Shown here piece by piece: positions 61,654 through 64,000 of a stretch of DNA of 64,000 nucleotides; positions within the stretch are counted from its first letter, which is position 1, and each line of letters begins with the position of its first letter. The translations under genes and the position numbers were made by a program. The DNA lies in NCBI RefSeq assembly GCF_000372725.1, contig NW_005201381.1, positions 245,953 to 309,952 on the forward strand, given 5' to 3'. The notes under the pieces are model-generated. The model did not search any database. It saw nothing but the letters and a program-made list of their open reading frames with translations, and was not told where the DNA came from. Source of the stretch: Emiliania huxleyi CCMP1516 (lineage: Eukaryota).

Positions 61654-62124
61654 CAGTGGGTTGCGGGCATTAAGAAAACAGGATGCCGCGGATCGCCGCC
61701 GTTTCTAATCCTTTCCACAGCCCTCATCCACCCCACGCCGTGGTTTCTTAGCTCCGGCCGGCACTCAAGCCAGAGCCGGCCCGACCGAAGGAAGGAGTTT
61801 TACTCGAGTAGGTGAGAGGAAAGCTGCGGTCCGCGAGGGCGATGCCAGAGTCTGCCGCCGAGTCGGCTCTCTGGATGTGACGGGAAGACGCACACACGCC
61901 TCCATCCACTCCACACAGAACACCGCAGACTTGAAAAGTGACAAGTGCGCGCGCCGCAGGCGAAGAGAAATTTTGAGCTGCAGCTGGGGCTCCCTCCCGT
62001 TCACACTCGTATCTGGCCTTTTCTCGGGGCCGCGCCTGCGGCGCGCCGTGGTTTCTTAGATTTTTGCGGAAATCGGTTGGTAGGGTTTCTTATGCCACGT
62101 TTTCTTAATGCCCGCAACCCACTG
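61654..62124. mobile_element. Tc1/mariner-type MITE (471 bp)
   Basis: Perfect 26-bp TIR cagtgggttgcgggcattaagaaaac (61654-61679 and 62099-62124), with TA on both flanks. Confidence 0.9.
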
Positions 62125-62269
62125 TATGTTGTCCTGTGTACGTACTTTTAGCTTACTGGGAGAAAAGAGAGAGGGGGTTGTGTTCTCTAGGCCCCTCAGG
62201 GCCCTACTGTTTGATACAGTTGTATCTGATTCCTACACGTCGAACCGTGCAGCAGCCTGTGGAAACTCG

Positions 62270-64000
62270 ATGCCAGACCTGCGCGCCGCCGCCGGCAGCG
62301 CGCTCAAGGCGCTCGGCGGGGGCAGCAGCGCGGCGCTCGGCGGCGGCGGCGCGTCGTCGTGGGAGACGTCGCTCGCATCGCTGCCGCGGCTCATCAGCGA
62401 GTCGTCTGCGGCGGAGCTGCGGGCGGCGCAGCCCGCGCTCACGGCGGCGACTCGGCCGGCGCTGCTGTGCGGCCGGCCGGGTGTGGTGGGGGCGGCGTGC
62501 GCGGTGGTGCTCGCGGGCGTGCGGCGCGGCGACGCCGAGGGCGATGCGCTCGCGATCGACCTGCTCCCGCCCGTGCTCGACCAGGCGACGTCCTTTGGCG
62601 GGGCGTCGCCGTTTGCAGACGTGTGCCACTGCTGCGCGCTCGACTGCCTGATGCTGCTGCCTCGCGCGGCCGCCGTGGCGGTGGCGCTGCACCCGGGCCG
62701 CACACTCGCCTCCGCCAACCAGGCCGCGACTCGCCGCCGGCTCGAGACGCTCCTCCTCGTACTGTCGCGCCAGCCCGCCGCGGCGGCGGACCGCCTCCAC
62801 CATGAGCTCGCGGCAGACGCACTTGTCAAGCGGCGCGCGCCGGCGGTGGCCACGGAGCTCGAGTCGCTCCTCACCGACGCGCGCTGCCCCAGCCTCGAGC
62901 TCTGCCGCCACGCATACCTCGCCCTCACCGAGCGGTGCCCCCGCGTCGGCGCACAGCGGCTCGCCAAGCTGCCACATCGCGTCCAGATCGGGCTGCGCAC
63001 CACCGCTGCAGAGCGCTCGGCGCCGCTCGGCCCGCCCCTCCTCCCGCCGCCGCCGCCGCCGCCGCCCGCCGCACAACTCGAGCTCGTGCAGGCGAGATGT
63101 AGCCGAGATGCAGCCGAGATGCAGCCGAGGTGCAGCCGAGGTGCAGCCGAGGTGCAGCCGAGGTGCAGCGGAGGTGCAGCGGAGGTGCAGCCGAGGTGCA
63201 GCCGAGGTGCAGCGGAGGTGCAGCCGAGGTGCAGCCGAGGTGCAGCCGGGGTGCAGCCGAGGTGCAGCCGGGGTGCAGCCGAGGTGTAGCCGAGATACGC
63301 TGGCCGAAGAAGGCCCGAGATGCAGGATTGCACCCCGGCACAGCCGAGACACAGCCGAGATCCAGGCGATTGCCGTGCATCCTTCCCGGAATTTCCCGGA
63401 CCCTTCCCGGACCCTTCCCGGACCCTTCCCGGACCCTTCCCGGACCCTTCCCAGACCCTTCCCGGACCCTTCCCAGACCCCTCCCCCGCAGGCTCTCGCC
63501 CGCGGCTGCGTGGCGCGGCTGCGGCTGCGGCGGCTACGCGCCTTTCTGGACGAGGCGACAGTGGGCGACGCCGTGGCGCTGCTCCCGCGCGGCCATGACG
63601 GCCTCCGCCGAGGCTCCGGGTTGCTGCAGCCTCGCGGGCACGCCGGCACGATTGTGTGGCGCGGACGGACTGACCTCGCGCCCGGCGAGTGGTTTGGAGT
63701 GTGCCTTGCTCTGCCCGCGGGGAGGCACGACGGGGCGCTGCGCGGCCGGCGCTACTTCCGGTGCCCGCCCCGCCACGGGCTCCTGGTACGCGGGTCGGAG
63801 ATCCTGCCGCCGCCGGCGGGCGGCGCGTCCGACCCCCGCCCGCAGGGCCTGTCTCTCGGCCACGGAAGCGGCGGCAAGCCGCCGGTACGCCTTTCGTCAA
63901 AGAGCGGCGCCCCCCTTGACGGCGGCGGCGGCGTCGGCGGGGACGACGACGGGACGCGCCCCCGAGGCAGGTGGGGACGCCCCGCCCTCCCCTTTGGAAG
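62270..64000 (+). CDS. CAP-Gly domain protein with helical N-terminal region, spliced, runs off the window
   Basis: After the intron at about 63092-63491: GEWFGVCLALPAGRHDGALRGRRYFRCPPRHGLLV (CAP-Gly, GKNDG-like). Confidence 0.75.
63095..63480. repeat. Intronic 11-bp tandem repeats (gcagccgaggt)n and (ggacccttccc)n
   Basis: Directly visible arrays inside the CAP-Gly gene intron. Confidence 0.9.

Overview
Eukaryotic, very GC-rich, intron-rich draft-assembly window with four N gaps. The GC-AG introns, 10-11 bp intronic tandem repeats and plastid-targeted genes suggest a haptophyte alga of the Emiliania huxleyi type (inference, not proven). The main feature is a spliced hybrid NRPS-PKS gene of about 12 kb (3266-15352, +) with the domain order TE-A-T-KS-AT-TE-KR-ACP. 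It resembles Burkholderia BurA as I recall it and is a candidate algal DMSP-extending (gonyol) synthase. The other genes are unrelated to each other: ShK membrane protein, UBX protein, Qb-SNARE, coatomer epsilon, FKBP, nucleoredoxin-like protein, CSP41-like protein, GT2-like protein, RMT2-like methyltransferase, PPR protein, M11-like metalloprotease, GNAT-chromodomain protein, PDZ protein, LRR-extensin protein and CAP-Gly protein. Non-coding structure includes introns flanked by duplicated exon sequence, a homologous intron family in three unrelated loci, and several non-autonomous DNA transposons. Exon boundaries were read by eye and are approximate.
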